Below are positions 9,546 to 19,932 of a stretch of DNA of 64,000 nt, in pieces. How positions within the stretch are numbered: the first letter of the stretch is position 1; each line of letters begins with the position of its first letter. The translations under genes and the position numbers were made by a program. The notes beneath the pieces are model-generated. The model was not told where the DNA came from, ran no database searches, and worked only from the letters and a program-made list of their open reading frames with translations. Origin of the DNA: a virus (Duplodnaviria; Caudoviricetes); the IMG/VR virus record IMGVR_UViG_3300032038_000001, positions 160,001 through 224,000 of that record, one strand, 5' to 3'.

Positions 9546-10808
9546 TTATTCTTCTATGTTGTCAGTTACTGAATTTTCGGGCTCATCAAAAGCCTCATCA
9601 GTAACGGTATCATCAATATCATTTTCTTCTTTCTTCTCAGGAAGCTGTTCCTTTATCATTTTATCAAGTGACTCATTCAAGTACTGTTGAAGTTCATCAG
9701 CAGATGCATTGGGATCATAATCAGTTATCTTCATTTCATTCATTTTATTAATAAGGAGTTCACGTCTCTCCTTATTGTAACGATTATCTGATTCAATTCT
9801 TGTTGGATGATTAGGTGCTGTTTCATTATTTTTCTCAAAATATTCTCTATATTCATCAAAGTAAGATACAACCTTTCTGATTATAGAAACAAAATTATCC
9901 TCTGATGTAGTTGAATCAAATCTATGATAAATAAGATTTGTCATAGATGTTACCATGGCATGTACATAGAGCTTATCAGTCTTATTATATGGATCATAAT
10001 GAACAACTGCTCTCATAAATATAAACAGGAAAAGATTATTAAAACAATGATATTCTTCCTCAAGGAAATTCTCCTCAAGATTTAAGAAATATCTATAAAG
10101 TTTATGGTCAAAACCAAACTTAATAATTTTCTTTTTATATCTATCAACAATTTCTTTTCCAAGTTTTGCATCAAAAAATGCATTCTTAATTGATTTAATT
10201 TCTTTAGAACCTATTGAATTAAATCTTTCGAAAATAAATGAAAGAGTTTGTGATGCTTCTATTGCATTTATTTCTCGCATCATCTTTCTTTTTTTACCCT
10301 CGTCAGACTCCTTTTCAACAGCTTCTTTTAATGTATTAAGACGCTGAATTCTAACTTCTTTTGCTTTAGATGATGATGCATAATTAAAATATTCTTCAAG
10401 TATTTCTTTCGAATCTTTACGAATATTATCAGCCTCAATCTTAGCCGAAAGAATATTTAATGAAGTCTCTTTAACAGCATCCATAACTTCTAATGGATCA
10501 TGTTCATCATTGATATTAATATTATATTTATGAGCTTTAAGAAACTTTGCAGCATCTTCTTTACTCATTTCCTTTATATCATTTTTAGTTATTGGAATTA
10601 TATCTATAAGCGTTTCCGGCTTAAGATCATATGCAGTATGAATTGTCTCTTCACCTAAAGACTTCAATGTTTTATACTGATCTTCCATTTCATTAATAAG
10701 ATCAACTATAACCTTATAATTCATAGGATTGGATTCATTTTCCTCTGAATTGATAATTTCTGAGTTAATGGTATTTTCTTCAATAGACATAATCATGTCT
10801 CCTTTCAA
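9546..10808 (-). CDS. hypothetical helical protein (true start probably 10790)
   Basis: long ORF, GAAAGGAG RBS, followed by a hairpin terminator. Confidence 0.7.
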   Translation of the reverse strand: MKGDMIMSIEENTINSEIINSEENESNPMNYKVIVDLINEMEDQYKTLKSLGEETIHTAYDLKPETLIDIIPITKNDIKEMSKEDAAKFLKAHKYNININDEHDPLEVMDAVKETSLNILSAKIEADNIRKDSKEILEEYFNYASSSKAKEVRIQRLNTLKEAVEKESDEGKKRKMMREINAIEASQTLSFIFERFNSIGSKEIKSIKNAFFDAKLGKEIVDRYKKKIIKFGFDHKLYRYFLNLEENFLEEEYHCFNNLFLFIFMRAVVHYDPYNKTDKLYVHAMVTSMTNLIYHRFDSTTSEDNFVSIIRKVVSYFDEYREYFEKNNETAPNHPTRIESDNRYNKERRELLINKMNEMKITDYDPNASADELQQYLNESLDKMIKEQLPEKKEENDIDDTVTDEAFDEPENSVTDNIEE

Positions 10809-10888
10809 TAAAAAATTATAGTAACGTTATAATGATAATAAAACCGTATATTCAAAATAAATACATATATATTATTTTTTTGCATAAA

Positions 10889-11060
10889 AATAATACAAAT
10901 AAAAAATAATGGTTTTAGAGGATACGAACCATTATTCGTATTATTATCTATTTACGGGATACTTAAAAAAATAAGGAGGTGGATAAAATGTATCCTGATT
11001 TTAACGACACAGACATCGTGATTGAATAATTTCAATCACAACATGAAACCGTAAATAGAT
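10889..11060 (+). ncRNA. candidate structured RNA enclosing a 13-codon micro-ORF
   Basis: stems 10889-10896/10938-10945, 10905-10914/10927-10936, 10946-10957/11049-11060, 11018-11026/11031-11039; ATATATTAT at 10867-10875; terminator 11065-11114. Confidence 0.5.
10988..11029 (+). CDS. micro-ORF MYPDFNDTDIVIE
   Basis: perfect AGGAGGT RBS (10974-10980) 7 nt before ATG; own promoter-like motif and terminator. Confidence 0.45.
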   Translation: MYPDFNDTDIVIE

Positions 11061-11115
11061 ATGTAAAAAGATACAATATAATCGAGAGTAAAGATTATAT
11101 TGTATCTTTTTTTTG

Positions 11116-11513
11116 TTAAAATCCGTTTATATTATTGAAAAAGCTCAGGTCTATAGAACCATCTGTATCATCGTCCATCTGTTCAATTATTTCTCCAGGT
11201 GTATTATTATAAACCGTGTTTTGAATTTCACCAGCTTTTACTAGTTTATATGTATCTTTCTGTGCTTTAATAGCAGCTTCTTTCATTAACTGTTCCCATT
11301 GTTTCTGTTGTTCTATTTGTTGCTCTTGTTTTTTTACCGACTCTATCAACCTAGGATCAACTAATGATGGATCGATTTCAGAAGCATGTTTCAATCCTTT
11401 ATTCTGTTCATCTTCGTTTAATTTACCTTTAATAATTCCAAATACAGGGAGATTATTACCATGATAGTAAACATAAAGGCACATTAGATAGCTCATTACA
11501 GAGTCATCATGAA
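11116..11513 (-). CDS. terL: terminase large subunit, exon 2
   Basis: splicing gives ..KIEAGPG-F-HDDSVMSYLMCLY, restoring the RNase H-like nuclease HDD motif in frame; spliced product 709 aa. Confidence 0.9.
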
Positions 11514-12701
11514 CAATATAGACTATATCATCATCTTCATATTCTATTATCAAATATGAAGAGCTCCCCATTTCGTTTTAATAGAATTACATATGGCTAA
11601 TATCACCATAAAACTAACCTATAAATAGGCACTACTCTACTCACTTCTTTACTTAAGTATTTCTCTTAAGCTATGCTTTCGATAGTCGTTGAACCTTGCT
11701 CTTAATAAGAGCCTTGGCTGCGGATTGTCTCTATTCTTAACCTTTTTACTATACCTAAGGAATTACCCTTCGCCACTAATATAAATATTAGTTTAGTAGT
11801 TAAGACCTAACGAGAGTTCCCCGCAATTAAAGGAGTTTATCCCGGTCCTCATGATGACTGTTTTTAATTTTTGATTTTATATATTTAACTCGTCCCCTAT
11901 TAAGTTCGGTATATTCCCAACCCATTTTTATCACCGTCTCTTTAACAGAATGATTTTTTAATAATCTTTCAATTTTTTTTATTTCTTCATATGATAAAAT
12001 GGAACTGAATTTTCTAATCTTTGGGAAATTGTAATTTTTACTAATAGATTTCCAGGTATCTCCACGCCTTATGTGTAATATAAAATCATACCCATATCCA
12101 TATTTAGCTTGGATTTTTTTAGGTGACATACCGGATTCTAAAAGTTCACATACTTTTTTAACATCTTGCTTTGTATGTGTAGATAAATTACATGTTTCAG
12201 AACCAACTATATTTGGACTTTTTAAACCATTTTTATATGCCCTAGAATTATTTTCTGAATAGGTACACCATTCTAAATTGTCTAATTTATAATTCATTTT
12301 ATTTCCATCCAGATGATCTATCACAGAATAATTGTGAGGATTTTCAATAAATGCGTTAGCAACTAGTCGGTGTATGGTTTTAGTTTTATATTTACCTTTT
12401 TTACCTAGTTGTATATTGATAGCCGGATATTGTAAACTTCTGGAGGATGGATTCATGTTAATCTTAAGTTTTTTATTAGTCTTAATATTATATACATTTC
12501 CATCCTGTGTTATCATATAATTCGTATCTTTATCATTTATAGTTATTATTTTACCAATGACACCATTTTCGAGTAATATTAATGATGAATAAAAACACGA
12601 ATCATAATTTCTGATAATATAAATATATGACATTAAATCAACTCCTATTAAATAATTATTGACTTGTTGTGCATGTATTTATCCAGATTACATTTTTTTT
12701 G
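11514..12701 (-). mobile_element. self-splicing group I intron (IA2-like) in terL, 1188 nt
   Basis: P AATTGCGGGGA (11828-11818), Q AATCCGCAGC (11726-11717), R TTCAACGACTATC (11693-11681), S GATATAGTC (11529-11521), P3 CTCCTT/GGGGAG; exon 1 ends in U (12702), intron ends in G (11514); IGS at 11859-11841. Confidence 0.93.
11827..12633 (-). CDS. intron-encoded HNH homing endonuclease (NUMOD4/I-HmuI-like)
   Basis: YMITQDGNVYN, IHRLVANAF, IDHLDGNKMNYKLDNLEWCTYSEN; own RBS and late promoter 12657-12668. Confidence 0.9.
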   Translation of the reverse strand: MSYIYIIRNYDSCFYSSLILLENGVIGKIITINDKDTNYMITQDGNVYNIKTNKKLKINMNPSSRSLQYPAINIQLGKKGKYKTKTIHRLVANAFIENPHNYSVIDHLDGNKMNYKLDNLEWCTYSENNSRAYKNGLKSPNIVGSETCNLSTHTKQDVKKVCELLESGMSPKKIQAKYGYGYDFILHIRRGDTWKSISKNYNFPKIRKFSSILSYEEIKKIERLLKNHSVKETVIKMGWEYTELNRGRVKYIKSKIKNSHHEDRDKLL

Positions 12702-14433
12702 AACCGGGTCCGGCTTCAATTTTACCAGATGATGTCCTTATCAATCTCGATATATCTCTTGTTATGTTTTGAGTAATAAATTTTTCTTTATATTCTTGAA
12801 CATGTCTTACTAGAATAGCCATCATATCTTCACGAGATTTGGTACCTGTATAAACTCCATAATATGATTTCATTGATGCTTGTTTTTTAAGCATGGATTC
12901 AATAGTACCAGATGCTATCGCATTATCTTCAACTAAATCTTTAGCTCTATCATAATAAAGATTTGCACGTATTCTACTATTAAGAAGATGGTCTATAATA
13001 GAATCACCAACACTATTTCTTTCGATACATAATACTGCTCTAGGTAAAATACTTATTAGTTCTATAAGCAATGCCTCAAATTTTGTTTCACCAATATATG
13101 AACATTCAAATTCAGCTTCTACTTCTAACGTATATGGATTTAATATTGTAATAGCATTATTATCTCCGTTAGTTCCCGTTGAACAGTCAACGCCGATAAG
13201 ATAAGCTGTGCGTGGATTGAGTTTTTTGTATATATCAAATCTATAATATTCAAGTAACCACATTTCATCTATTGGTTTATGAGCAATCTCAATAAGATAT
13301 TGAATATCTTCTTGATTAAATGGAGAAAGTGATGAACCGTGTAATCTTTGAAGTAGTATTTCACGTCTTACTGTCAAGGGATCTCCAATTTTAGCAGATA
13401 TATTTTTTAACCAATCTTCAGTTAGTCCTATTTGATAATACTGATATTCTATATAAAGAATCTTGTTACAATCTTTACCTTGTGAATCTATGTATTCCTG
13501 TATTTCTTCTTCGGTCATATCATAAAGACGTTCGGTCCATTTAGCAGTCTTATCTAAAATCTCCTGTGCCTCTTGACCAGCGGGTGAATCAAGATCTCCA
13601 GGTGTGCTAGTAAATATACGAGCATACATAGCACCATTCGCTTTAGCTCTAGCTGCTGCAGTTTCATATGTGGATACTGAGTTTGCTACTATAGTTTTTA
13701 TATGAGGTGTAAACTCAGCCTCATCGAAATGCTGTATTGGCGATGTAAGACCTCTAGCTAATGATAATGCTGTATCATATGATGTTGCTTTAGCTTTAGT
13801 GATAATAGTATTACCATTTATAGGATGTCCCATTTTTGTAGCATTATTAGTTGCTTTTGTAACCTTGCCATCATCATCAGTAAATGATTCAAATCTTAAA
13901 TATTCAGGTAAAAATCTTATTTGGTCACCAGTTCTCTTAAGATTTGTTTTACTATCTTCACCTGATTTATTTATGTATATAAATTGAGATTGTGAAGTAC
14001 CAAATGAGTACATCCATGTTTCCATAGCAATTGCTGACTGCGTTTTACCTTGTTGACGTGTTAAATTTAACCACGAGTCTAAACCATGTAAAATACACCA
14101 TGCCTGTGCAATATTACCTCTATTTGCCTTATATGGCACAGCAGTACCACCTGGATCAGGAATTCTGGATATTTCACGAAGATAATACCAAGGATTTCTC
14201 ATACATTCTGTCATAATTCTAGTTATTTGATCTTGCGTTAAATTAGTATGACCATCAGGTCCAACAGAGAACGGGTTAATATTTACCAAACTATAATCAT
14301 ATATCTCAAGCATAAAATAGCAATTTTTGATTCCAACTGTTTGTAAATCTTTTGCAACCTGCAAAAATGACCTATTCTGTGTTCCTAAGTCATATAACTT
14401 ATCATCTATTCTTGCAATACGAGATTTAGCCAT
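12702..14433 (-). CDS. terL: terminase large subunit, exon 1
   Basis: Walker A TRQQGKT, Walker B QHFDEAEF, coupling motif FTSTPG, nuclease IGVDCSTG and CIERNSVG. Confidence 0.92.
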
Positions 14434-14571
14434 ATTTTTCTCCTTTCAAAAAATATTGATTATAATAAAGTATTTATGTTTAAAAAATAAACGATACGAA
14501 TGGTATGTCAATCCATTCGTATCGTTTAAATATTAAGATAAAACTTCGGAGGTACTTTTTATATTTTTGTT

Positions 14572-15510
14572 CTATTCATCAATTATCACGCATATACTAT
14601 TTTTCAGATGATTCTGAATAAACTGTTGATGTGTAAACTTTTCACCATCATCTTCTTTTGATATATATTCAGTTGTAATCTTGGGTATCAAATCAAGAAT
14701 ATAATATCCAATATCACTATCACATATATCATGAATATTAACTTCAAATGCTATATGAGTATCATTTGGCATAGTTTTCTTAAGTGTACTTAAAATCTTA
14801 CAAAGATGTTTATTTTTGCCTACAGAGAATCCAAAATAGTTTCCAAAATATTTTGTCTCATCATCATTCTTAAAATTGATATTGTCAATCCCACAAGATA
14901 ATGATTTATTAATATTTCCTGCAGTAATAGCATGATAAAAATTCATAGTAAGTAGTCTTGGTATTACAGCGCTATTAATGCTTGAATATGTTTCGAAATC
15001 ATCCTGTAAATCACTAAGATGATTTACAATATCATTTTCATCGGTTATGATGTGCATATAAGGTGTACTATTATAATGAAACAGAAAATCATAAAGACAA
15101 AGTAATTGTAGCGTTACTATTCGCATTTCTGATTTCTTTGTATCACCAACTACAAAAAAAGGTATCTTATTTTCGTAACACCAAATCATGAGTAATGATG
15201 TTTTATTTAGAGGAAATTGCATTGAATGATCATACGTACTGTCTTGCCCTATAATTGGTATACGCACAATCTCTCTAAAGAAAAACCATATATTTTTTTT
15301 ACATTCTGATAGAATCATATCATAATAACTTCGTCCAGATATTGGGTCTGATTCTGGCATATTTTGATAATCAAAATCTAGTAACGATTTATTCTCAGTT
15401 TTGAGTATTTCTGATGAACCAACATAGTTTATTCCTTTATCCTGTAGTTCATAAAACATATTCTGAAATGTTTTATTTTTAGTATTTTTATCAATATACA
15501 TATTATACAC
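14572..15510 (-). CDS. degenerate paralogue of the terminase large subunit N-terminal region
   Basis: KNKTFQNMFYELQDKGI..ILSECKKNIWFFFREIVRIP aligns with TerL QNRSFLQVAKDLQTVGI..IMTECMRNPWYYLREISRIP; no Walker A. Confidence 0.65.
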   Translation of the reverse strand: MYNMYIDKNTKNKTFQNMFYELQDKGINYVGSSEILKTENKSLLDFDYQNMPESDPISGRSYYDMILSECKKNIWFFFREIVRIPIIGQDSTYDHSMQFPLNKTSLLMIWCYENKIPFFVVGDTKKSEMRIVTLQLLCLYDFLFHYNSTPYMHIITDENDIVNHLSDLQDDFETYSSINSAVIPRLLTMNFYHAITAGNINKSLSCGIDNINFKNDDETKYFGNYFGFSVGKNKHLCKILSTLKKTMPNDTHIAFEVNIHDICDSDIGYYILDLIPKITTEYISKEDDGEKFTHQQFIQNHLKNSICVIIDE

Positions 15511-15616
15511 TTCCTATTTAAAAAATTTTAAAGAAGTGTATTAGATAATTTTCATATTTATACACAAAAAAAAAACAAATTGATAAAGTTATTATACTTG
15601 AAAGGACTGATTCTTA

Positions 15617-16345
15617 ATGACTACTAATATTATTGATGATATTATATTTGAAAAATATAATGAAGGTAAGTTATCTGAAGATAAGATGCTACTTTTATTA
15701 GAAGCAAGTAATACAAATAAAGAAGAAATAAAAAGAATAAAAGAAAAGATAAAGAAGAAAGAAAAACTTAGTGAAGCCGAGAAAAAGAAATATGAAATGT
15801 ATAAAAAGTCAAGAAATAAAAAGATAGCAATTGGCGTTGGTATTGGTGCTGCTGGTATAGCTGCTGCTGGTATAGCTGTAAATCATCGTCTAAAAGAAGA
15901 AGATAAAGCTTTACAAGAACAAATTAAACGGTCTCATGAGCACGATGAACAAGAAAGAAAGAAGCGTGAAAAAGAAAGATTAGAACTAAAGGAACAGGAA
16001 AGAAAAAAACGAGATGAAAATGAAAGAATTAGAAATGATAACGCTGATTTGATTAACCAACTTCAAAAAGAAATAAGGATGTATACCAGAGATTTATTTG
16101 CCAATAAAGAGCTCCTTAGAAAAATCGAAAACCAACTTGATGAAACAGATAAAGAAATTAATAACATGAGGAATAAGATGGGTCCTAATGAGTCAGTAAA
16201 TAGCGTATATAAAGATACGATAGCTGGTCTTGAACGTTCAAAAGAACGTATATATAAAGCTTATAGTGAAACTAAAAAAGCTATAGAGAAATGTGAAACG
16301 GAAATATGGAGACGTAATAACAAGTTAGACAAAATTAATCCATAA
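15617..16345 (+). CDS. coiled-coil protein with hydrophobic Gly/Ala segment, probable head/ejection protein
   Basis: LLLEAS motif, IAIGVGIGAAGIAAAGIAV, long coiled coil, late promoter 15574-15585. Confidence 0.55.
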   Translation: MTTNIIDDIIFEKYNEGKLSEDKMLLLLEASNTNKEEIKRIKEKIKKKEKLSEAEKKKYEMYKKSRNKKIAIGVGIGAAGIAAAGIAVNHRLKEEDKALQEQIKRSHEHDEQERKKREKERLELKEQERKKRDENERIRNDNADLINQLQKEIRMYTRDLFANKELLRKIENQLDETDKEINNMRNKMGPNESVNSVYKDTIAGLERSKERIYKAYSETKKAIEKCETEIWRRNNKLDKINP

Positions 16346-16483
16346 AAAATAGATTGATAAGTAATAAAAACTTTTAATCAATTTATATAACTTATGGTTA
16401 CTAAATAAGAATAAGCTAGGAGAATTTAATTCTCCTAGCTTATTCTTTTATATAATTAATTATTTTTTTAGTTAATCTAGTTA

Positions 16484-17380
16484 TTAAATCAACCCAGACG
16501 CTTTTCCTTTATTTAATTCCATATTAATTCCATTTAAGATATTTATTATTATACGTGTTAAAAAACTTGAAATTTTCTTTACGAATTCAGAAAATTTAGC
16601 GGTAACCTTTTGCATTACACTTATTTTCTTATTAGCCGTGCCAGATTCATCTATCTTCTTATTAGCCGTGCCAGATTCATTAATCTCAACATCATCAACT
16701 TTAGCTTCTGTTTGTTTCTGTAATTTACGAACATGTTTATCAGCATCTTCCATCATAGCTATTAAACGCTTATTATTCTCTTCAATGATTGACATATCAC
16801 AGCATATTCCAATAGACTGCCAATCTTCAGATGTCCAATTGAAAAATGCATCAACACTACCGATATTTTTTGATCTAAGAATAGATTCAGCTTCTTTTTC
16901 ATACTTAGAAAATATTTCATCAGCTTCAGAAGCGGATGAGCTATTTAAAATAGCAGTTGCAGTCTTTTCGCTTAATCGTGATATTTTAACATATGCATCT
17001 TCAGCATTTTTTATCATTTTCATTACATATTTAGCCGCATCCTTGTTCATTGTTCCACTTTTAACCATATCTTTAAACTGTTCTTTTTTAATCTTATTTA
17101 ATTCTTTAAATCCCTTTTTCAGTTTTATATCAGCCATTTTTTCTCGAATGGATGTAATACACTTATTAATAAAATCACGAATAGCCTTAATTATAGCATT
17201 AAATGTTTTCTTAATCTTCTCTTTAACTTCAGCAGTACCTTCATACATAACACTTTCTGAATATATAGCAGACTCGACAGTATAAACGCCCAGGGCATAT
17301 TCAAAGAATGTATTAATCTTAGCAAGATTAATATCAAATTCTTTCTCATAAATAGATAATTCTTTCATGATTATAAACAC
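16484..17380 (-). CDS. probable head protein, paralogue A
   Basis: highly similar to 17527..18444 including flanking intergenic DNA; xES motifs near the N-terminus. Confidence 0.65.
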   Translation of the reverse strand: MFIIMKELSIYEKEFDINLAKINTFFEYALGVYTVESAIYSESVMYEGTAEVKEKIKKTFNAIIKAIRDFINKCITSIREKMADIKLKKGFKELNKIKKEQFKDMVKSGTMNKDAAKYVMKMIKNAEDAYVKISRLSEKTATAILNSSSASEADEIFSKYEKEAESILRSKNIGSVDAFFNWTSEDWQSIGICCDMSIIEENNKRLIAMMEDADKHVRKLQKQTEAKVDDVEINESGTANKKIDESGTANKKISVMQKVTAKFSEFVKKISSFLTRIIINILNGINMELNKGKASGLI

Positions 17381-17526
17381 TCCTTGTTTAAAAATATTTA
17401 TATTATTGTCATTTTTATCCCATCACTGAAGAAATTATATTTTTTAATCAATTCATGTAACTTGCGGTTACTAAATAAAAAATAAGCTAAGAGAATTAAA
17501 TTCTCTTAGCTTATTCTTTTTTACAA

Positions 17527-18444
17527 TTAATTATCTTCAGTCTGTTTTGTTTGTCTTGATTGTTTAGGTTGTTTAGTTTTTAACACGTAACCTTTCCTTT
17601 CAGTTAAAACCATATTAATTCCACGCATGATATTTATTGTTATACGTGTTAAAAGGCTTGAAATTTTCTTTACAATTTCAGAAAATTTAGCGGCAATCTT
17701 TTGTATTACAATTATCTTTTCATTAGCTACACCAGAATCATCAATCTCAGCATCATCAACTTTAGATTCTGCCTGTTCCTTTAATTTTTGAACATGATCG
17801 TTGGCATCACGCATCATAGCTGTTAAACGTTTATTATTCCCTTCAATGATTGACATATCACAGTATATTCCAATAGACTGCCAATCACTAGATGTATAGT
17901 TGCTAAATACTGTAACATCACCAGTAATTTGTTCTGATTTAAGAATAGATTCGCACTCTTTTTCATACTTAGCTAATATTTCATCAGCTTCAGCAATGGA
18001 TGAACTATTTAAAGTATCAGCTACAGACTTTTCGGTTAATCGTGATATTTTAACGTATGCATCTTCAGCATTTTTTATCATTTTCATTATATCTTTAGCG
18101 GCATCCTTGTTCATTTTTCCACTTTTAATCATATCTTTAAACTGTTCTTTTTTAATCTTGTTAAATTCTTTAAAACCTTTTTTCAGTTTTGCGTCAGCCA
18201 TCTTTTCTCGAATAGATTCGATACACTTATTGATAAATTCATGAATAGCCTTAATTATGGCATCAAATGTTCTCTTAATTTTCTCTTTAACCTCAGCGGT
18301 ACCTTCATATATGACACTTTCTGAATATATAGCAGACTCTGCAGCGTAAACGCCGAAAGCATATTCAAAGAATGTATTAATCTTACCAAGGTTAATATCG
18401 AATTCTTTTTCATAAATAGTTAATTCTTTCATGGTTATAAACAC
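17527..18444 (-). CDS. probable head protein, paralogue B
   Basis: tandem duplicate of 16484..17380. Confidence 0.65.
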   Translation of the reverse strand: MFITMKELTIYEKEFDINLGKINTFFEYAFGVYAAESAIYSESVIYEGTAEVKEKIKRTFDAIIKAIHEFINKCIESIREKMADAKLKKGFKEFNKIKKEQFKDMIKSGKMNKDAAKDIMKMIKNAEDAYVKISRLTEKSVADTLNSSSIAEADEILAKYEKECESILKSEQITGDVTVFSNYTSSDWQSIGIYCDMSIIEGNNKRLTAMMRDANDHVQKLKEQAESKVDDAEIDDSGVANEKIIVIQKIAAKFSEIVKKISSLLTRITINIMRGINMVLTERKGYVLKTKQPKQSRQTKQTEDN

Positions 18445-18479
18445 TCCTTATTTAAAAATATTTATATTATTGTCATTTT

Positions 18480-19736
18480 TTATCCATCATAGTTTTCAGG
18501 CCATGCAATTAATAATCCCCGCTGTCTTTCGGGAATTCTAAATGCCATTGCATTAGCTCTAGACTGAAGTAGTTTCTTTTTAATCATTTCAAGTTGTTCA
18601 ATAGAATATGGTATGATATATTTCTTTGAAAGTTTTGGGTCATTAAGTATAGATATATAATATTCAACTATATCTAACTTACTATGAATATAACTTACTA
18701 TCATCATCTTATCAGACTCAGATTTAATTTCTTGAATCTTTATATCTATATAATCAAAAGTCGCAGGATCAATTTTTTCCAGTTTTCGCGTTAAAAGACT
18801 CTCTGTTGTATATATAAGATACTCAACTCTTTCATTCATGCAGCGAAGTTTCTTCTCACTACTCATTGAACTATCTTCATGCTCCTGAAAAAATGTATTA
18901 TAGAAATCAGTTATAACACTTTCAATATACGGACTAGCACATTCTTTCTTAAGTGATATAAGATTTCTTTTCATTAATTGATCTTGGCGTGTTCTGAGCT
19001 GATCAATAGTTTCCATAGAAAATTTTGTTACAGCTGCCATATCTTTATCAGGATTGCCTTTGGGATACATATTCGATTTGAGTAATTTGTTCAATACACT
19101 AAATAATTCTTTGCTATATCCCATTTTCTTAGCAAACTTATCAGCCTTTAATTCAAATTTAATTGAATCCTTTGATTTACCGTCAGCTACACAAGCATTA
19201 AGAATAGGAAGAGATAAAATTTTTCTAAAGAATTGATCTTTAAGTAGTATTTTATTTTCCATATGTGACTGAGCAATCTCATATTGAAGAATGGTCGTTA
19301 CTCTGTATGGTACAGAATTAGAGAATACTACATGACCAATCTCATGCATTAATAAAGCCGTTAGTTCTCTAGGAGTAAATTCTATCACAGTTTTATCAAA
19401 AATACGTTCATCAATTTCTATAACCCAGTTTGTATTCTTTTCCCATATCTTTCTTATAATATCATCCTTTTTATTACCATCTGATGATACTACATTTATT
19501 ATTTTACTAATAGTATCCATCTCAGGAAATACTGACATAATAAAAAATGGAGACATTTTACCATTAACAGGGCTAACTACATTGATAGTAAATTTTCCTT
19601 TAAAACATTCAGCAAGAGATTTCTCTATAATTTCAACGGCTGCTTTATTATGTGGGTCTTCTATTAGGACTGAAAAAGCTTGATCTATAGAGAGAAATTT
19701 ATCTTTATTTAAAGAGAAATTCATTATTATAAACAA
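18480..19736 (-). CDS. zincin-like (HExxH) metallopeptidase-domain protein, probably virion
   Basis: ELTALLMHEIGH and downstream ELKADKFA..GY. Confidence 0.7.
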   Translation of the reverse strand: MFIIMNFSLNKDKFLSIDQAFSVLIEDPHNKAAVEIIEKSLAECFKGKFTINVVSPVNGKMSPFFIMSVFPEMDTISKIINVVSSDGNKKDDIIRKIWEKNTNWVIEIDERIFDKTVIEFTPRELTALLMHEIGHVVFSNSVPYRVTTILQYEIAQSHMENKILLKDQFFRKILSLPILNACVADGKSKDSIKFELKADKFAKKMGYSKELFSVLNKLLKSNMYPKGNPDKDMAAVTKFSMETIDQLRTRQDQLMKRNLISLKKECASPYIESVITDFYNTFFQEHEDSSMSSEKKLRCMNERVEYLIYTTESLLTRKLEKIDPATFDYIDIKIQEIKSESDKMMIVSYIHSKLDIVEYYISILNDPKLSKKYIIPYSIEQLEMIKKKLLQSRANAMAFRIPERQRGLLIAWPENYDG

Positions 19737-19812
19737 CTCCTTTCATCATAGAAATCATTATAATAACGTTATCGTAAAAAAAGGTCATAATCTTATAGAT
19801 TATGACCTTTTG

Positions 19813-19906
19813 ATTTTACTTATAAATTATTTTTTTTTACAACTGCATTAATTCAGATTAATACAATTCTTCTGTATTAGTAAACATACGCTGAGCTGGA
19901 TACCCT
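19813..19906 (-). repeat. degenerate copy of the major capsid gene 3' end and trailer
   Basis: matches 25464-25554 (ttttacaactgcattaat.cagattaata..ctggataccct) with substitutions and indels. Confidence 0.9.
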
Positions 19907-19932
19907 ACCAAAAAAAAATTTCCAAAAACAAG

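Noticed and set aside
11116-11571. ORF-track 151-aa ORF as an independent gene
   Set aside because: Its first 20 codons are intron P3/P8/P7 sequence; the remainder is terL exon 2
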